From: Wallemia ichthyophaga EXF-994
Taxonomy: Eukaryota > Fungi > Basidiomycota
Assembly (NCBI RefSeq): GCF_000400465.1
Contig: NW_008806284.1
Span: forward strand, 206,001-268,000
Length of the DNA stretch: 62,000 nucleotides
Direction: 5' to 3'
The translations under genes and the position numbers were made by a program. A model generated the notes under the pieces. The model saw nothing but the letters and a program-made list of their open reading frames with translations. It was not told where the DNA came from and searched no databases. Below are positions 20,110-33,385 of the stretch, one piece after another. Position 1 is the stretch's first letter; every line of letters begins with the position of its first letter.

Positions 20110-22581
20110 CTAATTCTTGTACTTTTTCTGCCTCTTTTCCTCTCTCTTCTCCTGGCGTGATCGATTGTCTAATTCTGGTTTATCATTCTTGTCCGCCTTA
20201 TCCACAATCTCCTCCTTTTCCTCATTGTCCTCTCTAGACTTACGCTTCTTCGCTACTGCTGGTCCTCTTCTATCCTCGTGCTGTTCACCACTCAATGGTC
20301 TATCAACAACTACACCATTAATCACTCGTGCTGCCTTCTTGACATTATTCACCTTGGTCAGCCCTGCATTTTTAACTTCCTCAGCCGTTTTCTCCCTCCA
20401 CTCCTCTATCCTTCTCCTAAACAGTGACAATCCAACCTTCCTAATCAGATACTTACCATACGCCGAGCCTGCTAAAAAGTCTTCGTGTTCGAGCAGTGAG
20501 TTGGCTATCTTCTCTCTAAAATATCCATCTGAAGTCTCGTATATCTTCTCTGCCACCCTGCTACCGACTCTCATATCCGCTAGCAGGTGATACGAACCGA
20601 GTAACTTTAGTCTCAATTTGTGTTTATATTTGAATGTAACAGCCTCTGAATCCATAATTCCATCAATTATACGCGAAGCTGGTGATGAACCACATATCTC
20701 TAGTATCCTTTCCATACTCAGATTTAAGAGGCTGTTCAGTATGGCTTCGTTGTGCGGTGTACCGAGATTGTACAGTGACAGAATTAGCTGTGCGCCTGCA
20801 CTTGTGAATCTGTCCGATTTCCCCTCCTTGTTTGACTGTTCCTTCTCTTCATCAGAGCTGCCTTCTTCGTCTTGATCGTTTTTCTCAAACATATCCTTGT
20901 GGAAGCGGCGGTATGACTGTTTAAAGTGAGCATGTCAGTACGGGCGCTTTTTTCAAACCACACCCACCTTCCATCTCTTCATCTCAAGCATGCACGGTAT
21001 GACATGCTGTGCTTGTGCTGTGCTCCGCGTGCTCAATCCGAAGCAATGCATGATGGCCTGTCAAGTGAGTTATGAATCGTGAGTCATGAGATCATGTGCG
21101 CTACTAAGCCAAAAATCCACTCACAGCCATGACATCCGCCTTAAATACATCCCGAAATACACCCACATCGCAATTCGCCATCAATGGCCCACTTCTATTA
21201 GTCTTGATTAATTTGCTTCCATTCTCGCGCAGTGCTGTTATAGCTCCCGCGAATTCTTTTTCAATGAATGTCCCGCTGAGACCGTTATCATTTCCCATCC
21301 TCTTGAGTGCCTTTGCATATACAAAATTACCGACGGGGTGCTTCATGCATCGCACTCCCCCCTTTCCAGTAAAGTAGAGTTGCCAAATAACCTCAAAAAC
21401 GGCAGAGCTTGAACATTCCATGGCAGTCTCGGTTGTGTGACTTGCAGTAGTGTCGAGTAGCGTAGTGGTTACGTGACTGCTAGCCTTAATTTGACTGATA
21501 TCTTCTGAATTCACCTGTCCTATCAAACCATCCATCCATGAATCCAAAAAGCTATCTGCGTTGTCGTTCTCTTTGTTTTTCTTCTCGTAGTGCAACAGCA
21601 GTTGAAGAATTGGTGCTCCATAATCACTCACCCCAAATGCCCTTATCTCAGCTGGAGAGGAGAAAGAGTCGAATAAAGCTTTGCGAAGCTTGTTAGAAAG
21701 CTCTTTAAAGTGTTTTGGTGGACGGTAGTACTCCTCCGGCTGCTGTTCATTCACGGCATCAAAGTTATCATGTCTGGATAGCCAATATTGTGACTTTTTC
21801 GAACGCTTCATCACGCTGTCGCTTACATCGCCAGATAACAAATGAAGTAAGTATCTGACGGGGTAGGTTGCGTGTGGATTGAGGATATGATCGCCGATCT
21901 TAGGTACTATCTCGTCCACCATCTCCACTATGAGCTTCGTTATAGTGCGTAATTCTCCCGCAGGTTCCTCGCTTTCATTGCTGGGAGGCTTTGCAATGTT
22001 TCCAGAGCTCTCTCTCATGATAGTACCTTTGGAGGACTCGAAGAAAGTCTCCAACACGTGACTGCCGAATCTGTTGCTGATGATGGTATTGATTTCGCCC
22101 ATCAAGGCATCCGCAAAGACCCTCTTCTCGAAATCACCCATGCGCTTGATCATGTGCTCCACCATAAGCGCGCATTCAGGATCAGTTGATAAGCAGAGTT
22201 CGTTTGAAGCCATTTCAGTGAGAGTAGCCTCCATCATCATTGCGTACTCGTCGTCGTCGGCCGTACTGCCATTGGTGAGTCTCTGGTCCATGTCTCTGAG
22301 ATAGCTCTTGAGATCTGGGTTCAAATCACCATAAGGAGTACTAGCTTGCTGGGAATCCAATAGCCAGTTGGGAGCTGCTTGATCTTCTTGCTGTGGGGCT
22401 GCCACGGGTTCCTGCACCGCCTGCTGCTCCTCTGTAGCCTTCTTGGAGATCTTCTTGCCTTAAAAACCCATCAGCTGGATCAACAAGCCACGGCGAATAC
22501 AAAACTCACCTCTCTTCCTTATCTGATCTTTAGGCCTGTGAATCTATTAGCTGCGTGTATACTCGCCCATCTCTCTCACAT
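20110..22581 (-). CDS. NOP9: Nucleolar protein 9 (Pumilio repeats), multi-exon, start codon split by an intron
   Basis: AT|G PKDQIRKRG|KK..., CLSTDPECALMVEHMI, NRFGSHVLET, GSSPASRIID, GSRVAEK; ORFs 21104-22417 and 20110-20892. Confidence 0.88.
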
Positions 22582-22634
22582 TAATGTTGGGCGTCGTTTC
22601 TCAACCAACAACGACGACGGTCTAATAAATTTAA

Positions 22635-23121
22635 ATGGCTGGATTGAAATCGATAATAGCACTATCACTCGTACTCGCACTGGGATTTCTACTGGTGATC
22701 CTGAGCTGTGCACTTTGGGGAAATTGGCTGCACTTGCTATCTGGTGGGTTTGTATGGGTGTGGGAGTTGTAGCAGCTTCTTACAAGCCACAGCTTTCCTA
22801 TTCGCGTTTGCGCCGTTCCCAAACTCAATCGCTACTCGAAACACGGAATCCACGATTACCTCCGGTGATGATTCAAATACGTAAGCGTATGACTGTGTTA
22901 TGATATTTAATAACAATCCACTCTCTAGTGCTATTCAAGACTTTTCCAGATTCTTTACCTCCATTATCCTCGTCACCGGCGCTGCAATACCTATCGTACT
23001 TGCCCACGCTGGCATACTCGCAATGACGTCGTCAATCATGTCTGTCACCGGTGGTACACTTATTTACACCACCATCGTTGCCTTTGGTAGCTCATTCCAC
23101 TCTGGTTCTGACGAGTTCTGA
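22635..23121 (+). CDS. VPS55: Vacuolar protein sorting 55 (two introns)
   Basis: MAGLKSIIALSLVLALGFLLVILSCALWGNW...APFPNSI...DFSRFFTSIILVTGAAIPIVLAHAG. Confidence 0.9.
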
Positions 23122-23155
23122 GACATATATATCCCAATGTATCATATAATGCTTT

Positions 23156-24775
23156 TTACTCTTCAATTTGATAGGTACAGTAATCTTGAATGATACTCTC
23201 CAATTTTGAGCTCTTCTTTCCCTTAATCACTACGTTTAAATCGAATTGCTTATCTATCTCATCGTCCACCAGTACCTTTGTCTTGATCGGCCTTCTCGCT
23301 GTCTGTGGTACTGGCTTGGGCGTGTTTGGTGCACTTTGTTTCATTCTTTCTGTCGGTGCTGCTACCTTGTAGCTCACCTCATCGATGGACGCCAACCGTT
23401 GCAATAGTTGGTCTGCCTCCTGCTCATCTCTTCTCGCCTTGGCCAGTCGCAGCCGTTGCTCCAGTTCTGCTTTCTCAAGTACTGCGCTCTTCTTCGTAGT
23501 ACCGCCCATAACATCAGATTTCTTCTGGAGCTTGAAATTGATGTCATCCTGTAAACATTGTCAGCTAATATCCTTATTTCAACAAAACCTTTCTCACATC
23601 TGTCCAAAATCGCTTCCTAGTATCTTCAATCTGCCTTCTAACCTTATCGAGTGATTTCCGTGTTGGTAATTTCGCCCTCTCGTCTTTGGCGTGTGCAATG
23701 AATCTATCAAATTCCCTATCTGTACACCGCGAGTTAGATACTTTAGACATAGGGCATATCTTGCTTGTTTTGCCCTGCCTGAGGACAAGTTGCTGATTTG
23801 TCATCGTATTTCCTTCAATTGCGTAGGGTTTGACGAGGCTGTCACCAAGGCCTGTGAAAATTAGCATTCCTATACCCGTCAAAAGCACTCCACCCACCAA
23901 TAACCTCACAAAGTCGATAGTCTGGCTTTCCATCGGATTCTCCGAGCAGATATCTAACGAAAGTGCCTTTGATAAAGTCTTCGAAGAATGGCGCATAGCA
24001 GAATTCGACGAGGTTAGTACGATTGATCATCACCCTAAGCACATCAGCTTTCTCGAGTGGTTTGTCGTCTTCCATATCGTGCTTGCTAACCTCACCTTCT
24101 TCCGAATCGTCGGAAGAGTGTACTGAGCGCGCGCGACCGCCGTAATCCTCATCGTCGTCATCCTCCTGTGTCGTGTGAGCATTGCTAGTTTACAAAGATA
24201 CCACCGCGTACATTCCTCGATCTCTTCTTGGTCTTTGCTTCACGCTTACTCTTGAGCTCCTCAAGCTTGCTCTTTTTCTCGGTTGTAGCGCCTGTCTGGG
24301 TGTGGCTACGCTTCGCAGCTGAAGCCACGTTATCTTCACCACCCGCCTGGGCAGCAGAAAAGAGTCTGTTGATATTCAGCGAATCCTTGTACTTTTGCAT
24401 CTCCTCCTGTCGAGAAGCGAGGATATCCTCACGCTCGAGTTCATCGAGATCGAGAAGCCTGAATATGTAAGCGTGGTGGCCGTAACACTGCGATCCACCC
24501 ACTTTGCTCTATCCGCTGAGTTCTTATACTTGCCTTCTAGAGGATATGGATTCTCGCTGTCTGCGGGTTGATCGACTTCCATGAGCGTATCCTTGCCGGC
24601 GTTGTCCTCTTCGCCGCTATCGCTGAGCCTGGGTGCTTGTCAGCGTAACAACACTTGCAAACAGCCTCCTCGCGCACCCTTCCTCCTCCTGCTTCGATAG
24701 CTGCTCATCAGCGCCATCGTCATCCCCTACGAGACCCAACAAATCAGCGTCGAGATCGTTATCCACATCGGTCAT
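23156..24775 (-). CDS. RTF1: Paf1 complex subunit Rtf1 (Plus3 domain), multi-exon
   Basis: NPYPLEGKYK, ELEREDILASRQEEMQK, FFEDFIKGTFVRYLLG..YRLCEV, SNSRCTDREF. Confidence 0.85.
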
Positions 24776-24863
24776 ATTTTTTATCTCAAGATGGTTCGGG
24801 TTAATGACGCGACGTCGTACCCATCCCCATCTCGTTGATATAAACGTCGAGATAGAAAAATTG

Positions 24864-26125
24864 ATGAAAACTGTTTCAACGGCTCCACTGGCTGGCTACA
24901 ACCTCGCTTATTCCCCTTTTCATAAATCTAGATTGGCTGTAGCATGCGCAGCCAATTACGGTGAGTGATAAGACGCACGCAATCGCCGGCAATTATAGCT
25001 TTATAGGCCTCGTTGGAAATGGCAGGCTTAGAGAGTATAGCTACGATCTACACGGCGATCTTTCTCCCCACTCATCGTGAGCCGTTTCTCTGGTATCGGA
25101 TACTTTTAATTGCCGAGACAGTTTCGACACTCAAGACGGTCTATTCGATTTGGCGTGGTCTGAACTCCATGAGAACCAGATCGTGACTGCAACTGGCGAT
25201 GGCAGCGTGCGGCTATTCGATACGCAGATTCCTGTGGGTGGTTCTATGTCCACTCAGCCGCACACACTCATCCACCGCGCAGAAATTCCCAATTAGGGCG
25301 TGGCATGAGCATTCTAGGGAGGTTTTCGGCGTCGACTGGTCACCAACAGACAAGACGCAGTTTGCGACGTACGTCATTGAGCTGATATCATCCATATCAC
25401 TCACAGCTAACGTCATTCCAGTGCTTCTTGGGACGGCACTGTTAAAATAGTGAGGAGACTCCACTCGCTCTCTCTTAGTTCACCACTCACTGCCACCAGT
25501 GGACACCCGATAACACCCACTCACTGCTCACACTTCCTGCGCACGATGGATGCGTCTACTCTGCCATATACAGCCCCCATCAGCCATACTGTCTAGCCAC
25601 CTGCGGATCAGACGGCAAGCTTCATGTATGGGATCTGAGAACACCTCAACGCCCAGCGACGTCACTGGCTGCCTCACCAACAGAGCTGCTATCGCTCGAT
25701 TGGAACAAGTATATCCAAGGCACGCTAGCCACTGGCAGCGTCGACAAGAGTATCAAAGTGTGGGATATACGGCAAGCGAAATGTCTCAATAACCTCCATG
25801 GACACGATTTCGCTATTAGGAGGGTGCAATTCTCGCCCCATGTACCCAATCTCATTGCCAGCGCATCTTATGACATGAGCGCAAGAGTGTAATTACCTGC
25901 CTCGCCGTTTGATCCACTCAATTAACGTGTTTTAGGTGGGACACTAGCGTTAACGCGTGCATTCATATCCATGATGCTCACACCGAGTTCGTCACAGGGG
26001 TCGCCTGGTCTCTATTTGATCCCTTGGTGCTGACTACTTGTGGATGGGACTACAAGGTGCACCTGCTCAGCCTCAAGGACCTGAATAGGCCGAACAACAT
26101 GAGGAACATCAGCAACAAGAGGTGA
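24864..26125 (+). CDS. PEX7: Peroxisomal PTS2 receptor (WD40), multi-exon
   Basis: GYNLAYSPFH..RLAVACAANYG|LVGNGRL, FDTQDGLFDLAWSE.HENQI, WHEHSREVFGVDW, GHDFAIRRVQFSPH. Confidence 0.92.
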
Positions 26126-26182
26126 TATACCAACTATACTATACAACTACTGTACAAATCATTTAAACGACCCAATTTGTAA

Positions 26183-26800
26183 CTACATGTGATGCCTCGA
26201 TGATATAATTCCCATCGTAGGCTTAGCGTCCTGTCCGACGACTTGAGCATTTCCGTCAAAGACAGGTTTCGCTGGGTAAAGAAGCAACGATCTGCTGCTC
26301 AGCGGCCTCGTCGCGTAGGCCAAGATGCCCTTTGCTATGTGATCCGTCGAACGCTTTGCCTGTGTGAGTGTGAGTGTTAGTGTGATTGTGAGTGTGAGGA
26401 TAACAATCCAATGACGTACGCTGTACCAATACATTAGCGGTATATCGGCATTATACGCCATCAACCATCTTTTCGCCTCTACAGGATTCATCTGATGCTG
26501 GAGATGCAAATCGCCTGTGCGCATGTCAGCGACGCGTACATACACCCCAACACACCACGCACTCTTCGACAAGACGACGTACACGAGATTCCTGGCAATC
26601 AAGTATTGCGGTATATTCTTCATTTGCGTCGTAAAGTCTTCCATATGCTCCAAGCAGCTCACAACTATCACGAATAACTTGTGGTGTGGATGCTCGAAGT
26701 AGTGCTGATTAGAAATTGGGTCGCTGAGTTGGCTGCATCTTGTGAGCTCTGATTTCACATCTGTCTCCCTCATCACCCTCACATTCTCAGCCTCTGCTTA
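26183..26800 (-). CDS. Hypothetical protein (5' end uncertain; probably at least two introns)
   Basis: 199-aa ORF whose low-complexity stretches (ILTLTITLTLTLT; WCVGVYVRV) coincide with GT...AG intron-like segments; no family recognised. Confidence 0.5.
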
Positions 26801-27124
26801 TCCCCCGCTAAATCTGCCACCCTCTTAGCAAGCTCTATCTTCCCAGAGAGTGATGATCCCGTTATCTGGATTACGCGTTAGATTTGATGGGCTGTGTTAA
26901 TATTTAATCACCATCAATTTGCAGTTCGGTAGCTGCTCCGCTTTTGTCACGTCCGCCATATCGTTGAGAGTAATTAACGCGTTAGCTTGCCTATAAGTTG
27001 CATACAAAAATTATACACGCTTGAACATCTATCTATTGCTCCCATAATACATTTATTAAATCCCTTCAATGTCTATATGCGCTGCGTAGACTTAACTCGA
27101 AACTATTAATAAACATTCCTAGTC

Positions 27125-29664
27125 CTAAATCTCACTCAGACTAGCTTTGATTGCCTCTTCTAGCTGCGCCTCGAAATTCTGATCCACGTTTTCGGCTACC
27201 TGTGAGTAGCTCGGAGGTTCGGGATTCTCTTCCTCTATCGCCTCTTCTTGAGGTGCGACTGGCGCATACTCACTCCTCTTGCCCTCCTTCTTGGTCAGGT
27301 TGTTCGTATCACTATCGCCTTCTAGATTTATAGCATCTTCAATGTGCTGCTTTGAGGATCCTTCGATTGGCTCATAGGGAAAGTCACCCTCATACTGCTT
27401 TTCGAGATCCTCGCTTTTCTTTATTTCATCCAATATCGCTTCCATTTCGCTTTCTTCTCGCATCTTCTTTTGATTCTCTTCCTCTTCTTGGCTGATCATC
27501 ATAATGTCTGTCGCGGGATTAGTGCGATGGAACGTAATGTGAGTAACTCACACTCTAAGGTCTCCGATTCATCTAGTCCTAAATTCTCCAAGCGGCCAAG
27601 AGTCTTCATCATATTCTGCTTTCTATCCGCTTCACTCTCGGAAACATCGTCGGTTTCGTCTTGCATCACAAGTGACTCTCTTATCTCATCCCGCACATCT
27701 GACGAGTCTGTCAATGGTTAGTCTTTTGGTGATACTCGAGAAGCAACAGCTACAGTCACGGCAATACTCACACTGATTCTTCTGCGCAACTCCCTTATTC
27801 GAGCCTCTCCATCCTTTACCTCTAGTTTTAAAATCTTTTATACCCCCAGCTTTCCATGCAATTACTTTGTTGCCGATAGCAGCGACGACAGCAAATTCAT
27901 CCGCTACTATTCCGCTGACAGCAAACGCGTTCTCGTCTTCCGTCGATGCCTCATTTGTGGCCAGATACCGAGAGAGATGACGAGTCGATGATGTTTGATT
28001 GAATGATCTTATGGCATCACCGGTGAGTGGATCGTGCGCAATGAGCACTCCATCTGCAGCACCAGTCAGTAGAAGTAGAGGCGTGAGAGAGATGGTGGTT
28101 ATCTTTGAGTGGTGTCCGCCAAATATTCTCAACGGCTCTATCACCTGATCCGACCTCGCATCCCAATCCCATACACACGTCCTTCCGCTAGAGTCACCAG
28201 CTACGACTGCCCTTCTATGTTTTAATATCTGATCTTTTGTGTTAAATGAGGAGCCAATGTTGAGTGCATCAGAGAAATTGTTGGTGGAAGACGCACTTCT
28301 ACTCAATATCGGAGTTGAAAGTGGCGAGCACTTGCTGAGATCGTTGTTCAAATAGAAAGATGTGAGTTCGGATATTGGACCAAGCCCAAAGATTCTCTTC
28401 TTTTTAGTCTCAATGTCATGCCTCTCGAAGAAGGTCTCTGGCTTGCGATATATCAGAACGCTCACGTCGTTAGGACCTTGAGTGTCTAGTAGAAGTTTTG
28501 AGATTGGTAAGTATTTAGTGAAGCTTCCAAGAGAAGTATAAGCTACACGGTGTTCTTCTATTGTGTCTCTGGGGTTTTCTTCACTGATACATGCCTCAAT
28601 TGGCATATTACTCCATACTCTGACTGTTCCACTCTCATATCCAGCAGCGATAGAACAACTCGTGCTATCGTAAGCTACTTGTGTTACTGAATCTACGTGC
28701 GCCAACTCCTCTCCTTTGGAGTTGAGTAGCTTTTTGACGTCTGAGCTCCATATACAACGCAGCTCAGGCTCATTCGACCACAACTTAACGACGCCATCCA
28801 TGCTGCCGCTGACGAAAGAGGGCGCAGCCCAAGCGCTCTTTGAGAGAGTCGTTGATGGATGAGAAAGACAAGTGACAGGTCCATAGTGAAAATCACGGCT
28901 AATGTTTTGATGTGTTGCTAATCCGCTGCCTCGCACACCCCACGCAGATGCAGCTCCAGAGCCGTGCTGCAAAGCACTTTTAGCGATCTGGGTGAAACCG
29001 ACAAAACCAGAAGCAAAGCCCCAAATGACTCTGCCATCACTGGACAGCTCTACAGTAGAGGCATCGTTGGGGGCCATTCCTGGTGCAAGAATGTAGCCTT
29101 TGGCTAGCTTACCACTGAAAGGCTCCGATCTACTCAAGCAGGCGTGCATGAGGGATACGGAGATGAGTCTTCGCGGGGTGAGTTCCGGGTTTGTAATGGT
29201 GGACAAATCGAGAGATATCTGGTGTATAGTAGCGACTCTGGGGTTGTGAGTGATAAGCGGGGCCTTCGATTTCTTCCAGCGACGGATGTAGATGGACCGC
29301 CTAACGAATTCCTCTTTCCATGAGCTGAATCTGCCCGAGATTCTCGAAGCGATGATAGAAGTGAACTTTGAGTTCTCCTCTGAAGGTTGTATGCCTAGAA
29401 AAGAGAAGGCAAAGGCACGGCGCCAAGCAGCGTCATCGGTAGCAGTGTGATGGAGGGACTTGTTCGTAAGAGAAACAGCGATAAGGGAGCCAGGATCGAG
29501 ATAGGTGAGGATATGGAGGACAAGATCGTGTGGGAGATGGAACAGGAGAGAAGGGAGATGTGTGTCGTCGTCCTCGTCGTCGGTGGCTGATTGGGGGATT
29601 AAGTCATAGCCAGACAGAGCCAGCCGAACTCACAATTAGAATGAGAATAGAGGTTATTTGACAT
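27125..29664 (-). CDS. F-box/WD40 protein with C-terminal UIM-like motif, multi-exon
   Basis: Hand translation: LLFHLPHDLVLHILTYLDPGSLIAVSLTNKSL (F-box); WD repeats HYGPVTCL...SGSMDGVVKLW and GGHHSKIT; terminal FEAQLEEAIKASLSEI. Confidence 0.75.
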
Positions 29665-29740
29665 TTAAATCAAATTAAATAATTATTTAAATTAAATCAA
29701 GATGATCGTTATCAACTAACACCCAAGTCGTCGGTGTGAG

Positions 29741-32700
29741 ATGGCAGCCCCTGCGCTCCAAAACTACCAGATTGGCGATTGCTTGGGGAAGGGGGCATTT
29801 GGCAGCGTCTACAGGGCTCTCAATTGGACCACTGGAGAAACGGTGGCTGTCAAGCAGATCCAGCTGAGTGACATTCCCCATTCCCAGTTGGGCGAGATTA
29901 TGGTGGGTATATAACGATTTCTTGGGTCAAGCTAACTCGGTAATAGTCGGAGATAGATCTCCTCAAGAATCTCCATGTGAGTTGTTGTCTACTGCGTACA
30001 CCACCACTCATCTCCCAAGCATCCACGCATAGTGCGCTATGGCGGTTTCGTAAAGACGAAAGATGCTCTGTTTGTTATCCTTGAGTGGGTTTTGTTGGTT
30101 TTGTTGGTTTTGGTGATGCAATCATCTAATCTGCTCCAGGTACTGCGAGAACGGTTCCCTGGCTTCGATCTGCAAGCGTTTCGGTAAATTCCCCGAGGCG
30201 CTGGTGGCCGTTTACATATCACAAGTCCTCGAAGGTCTCCAATACCTCCACGATCAGGGTGTATGTCATCGTGATATCAAGGCTGCCAATATCCTCGCAA
30301 TCAAGGACGGTAAAGTCAAACTCGCGGATTTCGGTGTAGCTACACAAGCACACCTAGCAGATAACTCTGTAGTTGGTAGCCCCTTCTGGATGGCTCCGGA
30401 GGTCATTGAACAGTCCGGAGCGAGCACTGCATCCGATATTTGGAGCGTAGGCTGTGTCGTGATTGAGCTGCTAGAGGGGCGCCCACCATACTCACATCTT
30501 CCTCAAATGAGCGCACTCTGGGCTATCGTTCAACACGACCAAATGCCAATCCCAGAGGGTTCCTCACCCGTTGTCAAAGATTTCCTCCTCCATTGTTTTC
30601 AAAAAGATCCTAATTTGCGTGTCTCAGCTAAGAAACTACTCAAGCATCCTTGGATCCGCCAAATTAACTCGCCAGACAAAAGTAATACCAAGTTTACCCA
30701 ACTTTATAGAAGAAATACCCCAACTGAGGACCACGAAACTTACGACAACGCCGTACAGAAGGTGCAAGAGTGGAATGAGGCTTTAAAATCCCCGCCTAAA
30801 AGCTCAAAGACTAAGTCGCTCTTCCCTGCTCGTGATAGCAAGTCTACTTTCTCTCCGCTACGAAGATCGTCTCTTAACAATGATAGTCCCAACCCCGCTA
30901 CGGTATCAAATCAACCGCCTGCGAAACCATTCACGGTTAGGAATGACAATAGAGAGAATGTCCTCAGTAAAACGCAGGAGGATGAGGAAGACAATTGGGA
31001 TGCAGACTTTGCTGGCACAATCTCCTTTTCGAAAGCACAGGATGCAATTTCAGGTGACACTGGCAAATCAGACGATAATACCCAAACTATAAAACCAAAC
31101 TCGAGGAAAGCCAGCGAGGATCACAGCATAACGTCACGTATACCTAATAAGATAATTGAAGATTACTCTGACCTCGGCGGAGATGAAGATGACATTGTAC
31201 TCAGCGAGAAGATATCAAGTTTGAGGTTGAAGGGTGGCCTCTTCCATCCAAAGGACCTAGGCAGGCTGAGAGAAGAGCCATCACCACCATTGCAATCGTC
31301 GTTTAACATACCACAGAAGAAGCCATCTCTACCAAAACGCCCCTCTCCTCCAACATCGCTGCGTTCTCACAGCAGATCACGCTCAAGTATATCCTCCTTG
31401 CCAGCGCCATCGACAGAGCAAACAAGGAAAACGAGCGATCTGGCAAAGTATTCTGAAGTTGACGACGAAGACTTTGACGATGTTTTTGGTAAAGCGCCGC
31501 CATCAGTGTCAGGTGAAAGTGGGCAAACGCTACAACTGACGACCAAGTTGTCTAATAAATCGTGGCTCGGTGACGACGTAGCCGATGATGAGGATCCATT
31601 TGCACAAATTGAGGATGACTTTGCCGAGAACGATATTGAGTCAAACTTGGTCAGAGATAGACATGCAAGGTTATGTGCTATGGTCGCTGAATTAGTCGAT
31701 CAATTAGAGGCTGGTAAGTCTGAAGAGAAGCTGAATGAAATGCTTGACGAGTTGTTGCACATACTCGAAGAGTTCCCGGATATGTATATGCAATTTGTTG
31801 CAGCCAGGGGCATGCTTTCATCACTCGAGGTTCTAGAAAGTAAACCCAGCAAAGATGTAATTTACAAGCTGCTGAGGATAATAAATCTCATTGTCTCGGT
31901 CGATCCTGGTCTTGTTGAGTCATTCTGCCTCGTCGGGGGTATAGCGGTGGTGATGACTTATGCGAGCAAACGTTATTCGCATGAACTTCGGCTGGAGGCT
32001 GCGTCGTTTGTAGGCCATGTTACCCACACGAGCGTCTTGACGCTGCAGATGTTTATAGCGTGTCGAGGGTTTAGAGTCCTTGTCGATCTGCTGGATGAGG
32101 AAGCGCAGGAGCTGGTATACGAGGCAGTCTCAGCAATCTCTAGTGTATTCGAATCACATTCCCTTACTACAAAAACGGACTTTTGTAGGATATTTGCTAA
32201 GGAAGGTCTTCTAGAGCCACTTTCTAGTGCTCTTACTACGGCACTTAGGGAGACATCTGATGAAGGTGCGCAAGTGAGGGACATCTCAAGCAAGATCTAC
32301 TTGCTGTTTGCGCAAGTGGGACAGAACGACAACGTGGTCTTGAATGCGTTGGGCACACGCAGCATTCTAAGACGCCTTCTAAAGGCGTGTGAGAGTTTAT
32401 GTGACAAGGACAAGATGTCATCCCTGCTGATCACGCTGTTAAAGACGTTCAAGCATATATCGACATCGGCGGGAATGTTGGATGTGCTGCAAAACAGCAA
32501 CGCAATTGAAGTATTTGTCAGAGTGCTCGACAAGCGTAAGGAGGGAGAGCGGAGTAGTGAAATTTCGTCGCAAGTGCTGCAGATATTCTACTCACTTACA
32601 CGACTTTCACCAAGCAGACAAGAAGAGGCGGCACAGGCGGGATTGATACCACTGTTGAAGAGAGTTTTTGAAGTTTCATCGCCGCTGAAGCAATTTGCAT

Positions 32701-33385
32701 TGCCAATACTATGTGACTTTGCGCATGCTGGGAAGAGCTGCCGAGCGCTGCTTTGGAAACACAACTGCTTGGATCTCTACATTCTACTATTGCAAGATGC
32801 ATACTTCCAAGTTTCGGCGTTGGAGGCAATACTCATCTGGCTGCAGAATGAGACTGATAGAGTGGAGGGTCAGTTGCTTCAGCCAAGACCACTGGAAAGT
32901 CTGTTGACTATGTTCGTACAAGCCAAGGCCAACTCGTTCGAAGCAAGTCTGGAACCGATACTGAAAATGTGCAGGATCAGCAGGGGATTGGTTCTGGGAG
33001 TTGCGAAAGCAAGCTTCTTTAGGAAGCTCATTGATAAGCTCTCGCACACGAAAGCGCTCGTCCGGCTAAACTTGCTCCGTATACTGAGGCTGGTGCTGGA
33101 GGTGCATCCCAACTGTAAGAGTATTGTAGAGGAATATAGATTGATAGAGGTAGGTGACGTAAATCTCGGTTACATTAACTCACAAAATTGCAGGTGATAA
33201 GCGAGCTTGGAGTGAAGGATAGTGCGATACTGGTTAGGGAGTTGAGTAAGGAAATATCGAATGAATTGAAGGCTGGAAAATACACAAGCCTGGCAAGGGA
33301 GCGAAGATCGACATCGGACAACGGCGTTCTGGGAGCGAGCCGCGCGTACAGGCCGCACAGGAGGATACCGTCACGAGGATTTTGA
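29741..33385 (+). CDS. sepH: STE-family kinase SepH/Cdc15 (S. pombe Cdc7) with C-terminal ARM repeats, multi-exon
   Basis: YQIGDCLGKGAFGSVYRALNWTTGETVAVKQ, HRDIKAAN, DFG, VVGSPFWMAPE, then a long helical ARM region. Confidence 0.9.

Noticed and set aside
30085-30115. Short tandem repeat (gttttgttg)n
   Set aside because: An intronic microsatellite in sepH; not spaced like a CRISPR array or telomere.
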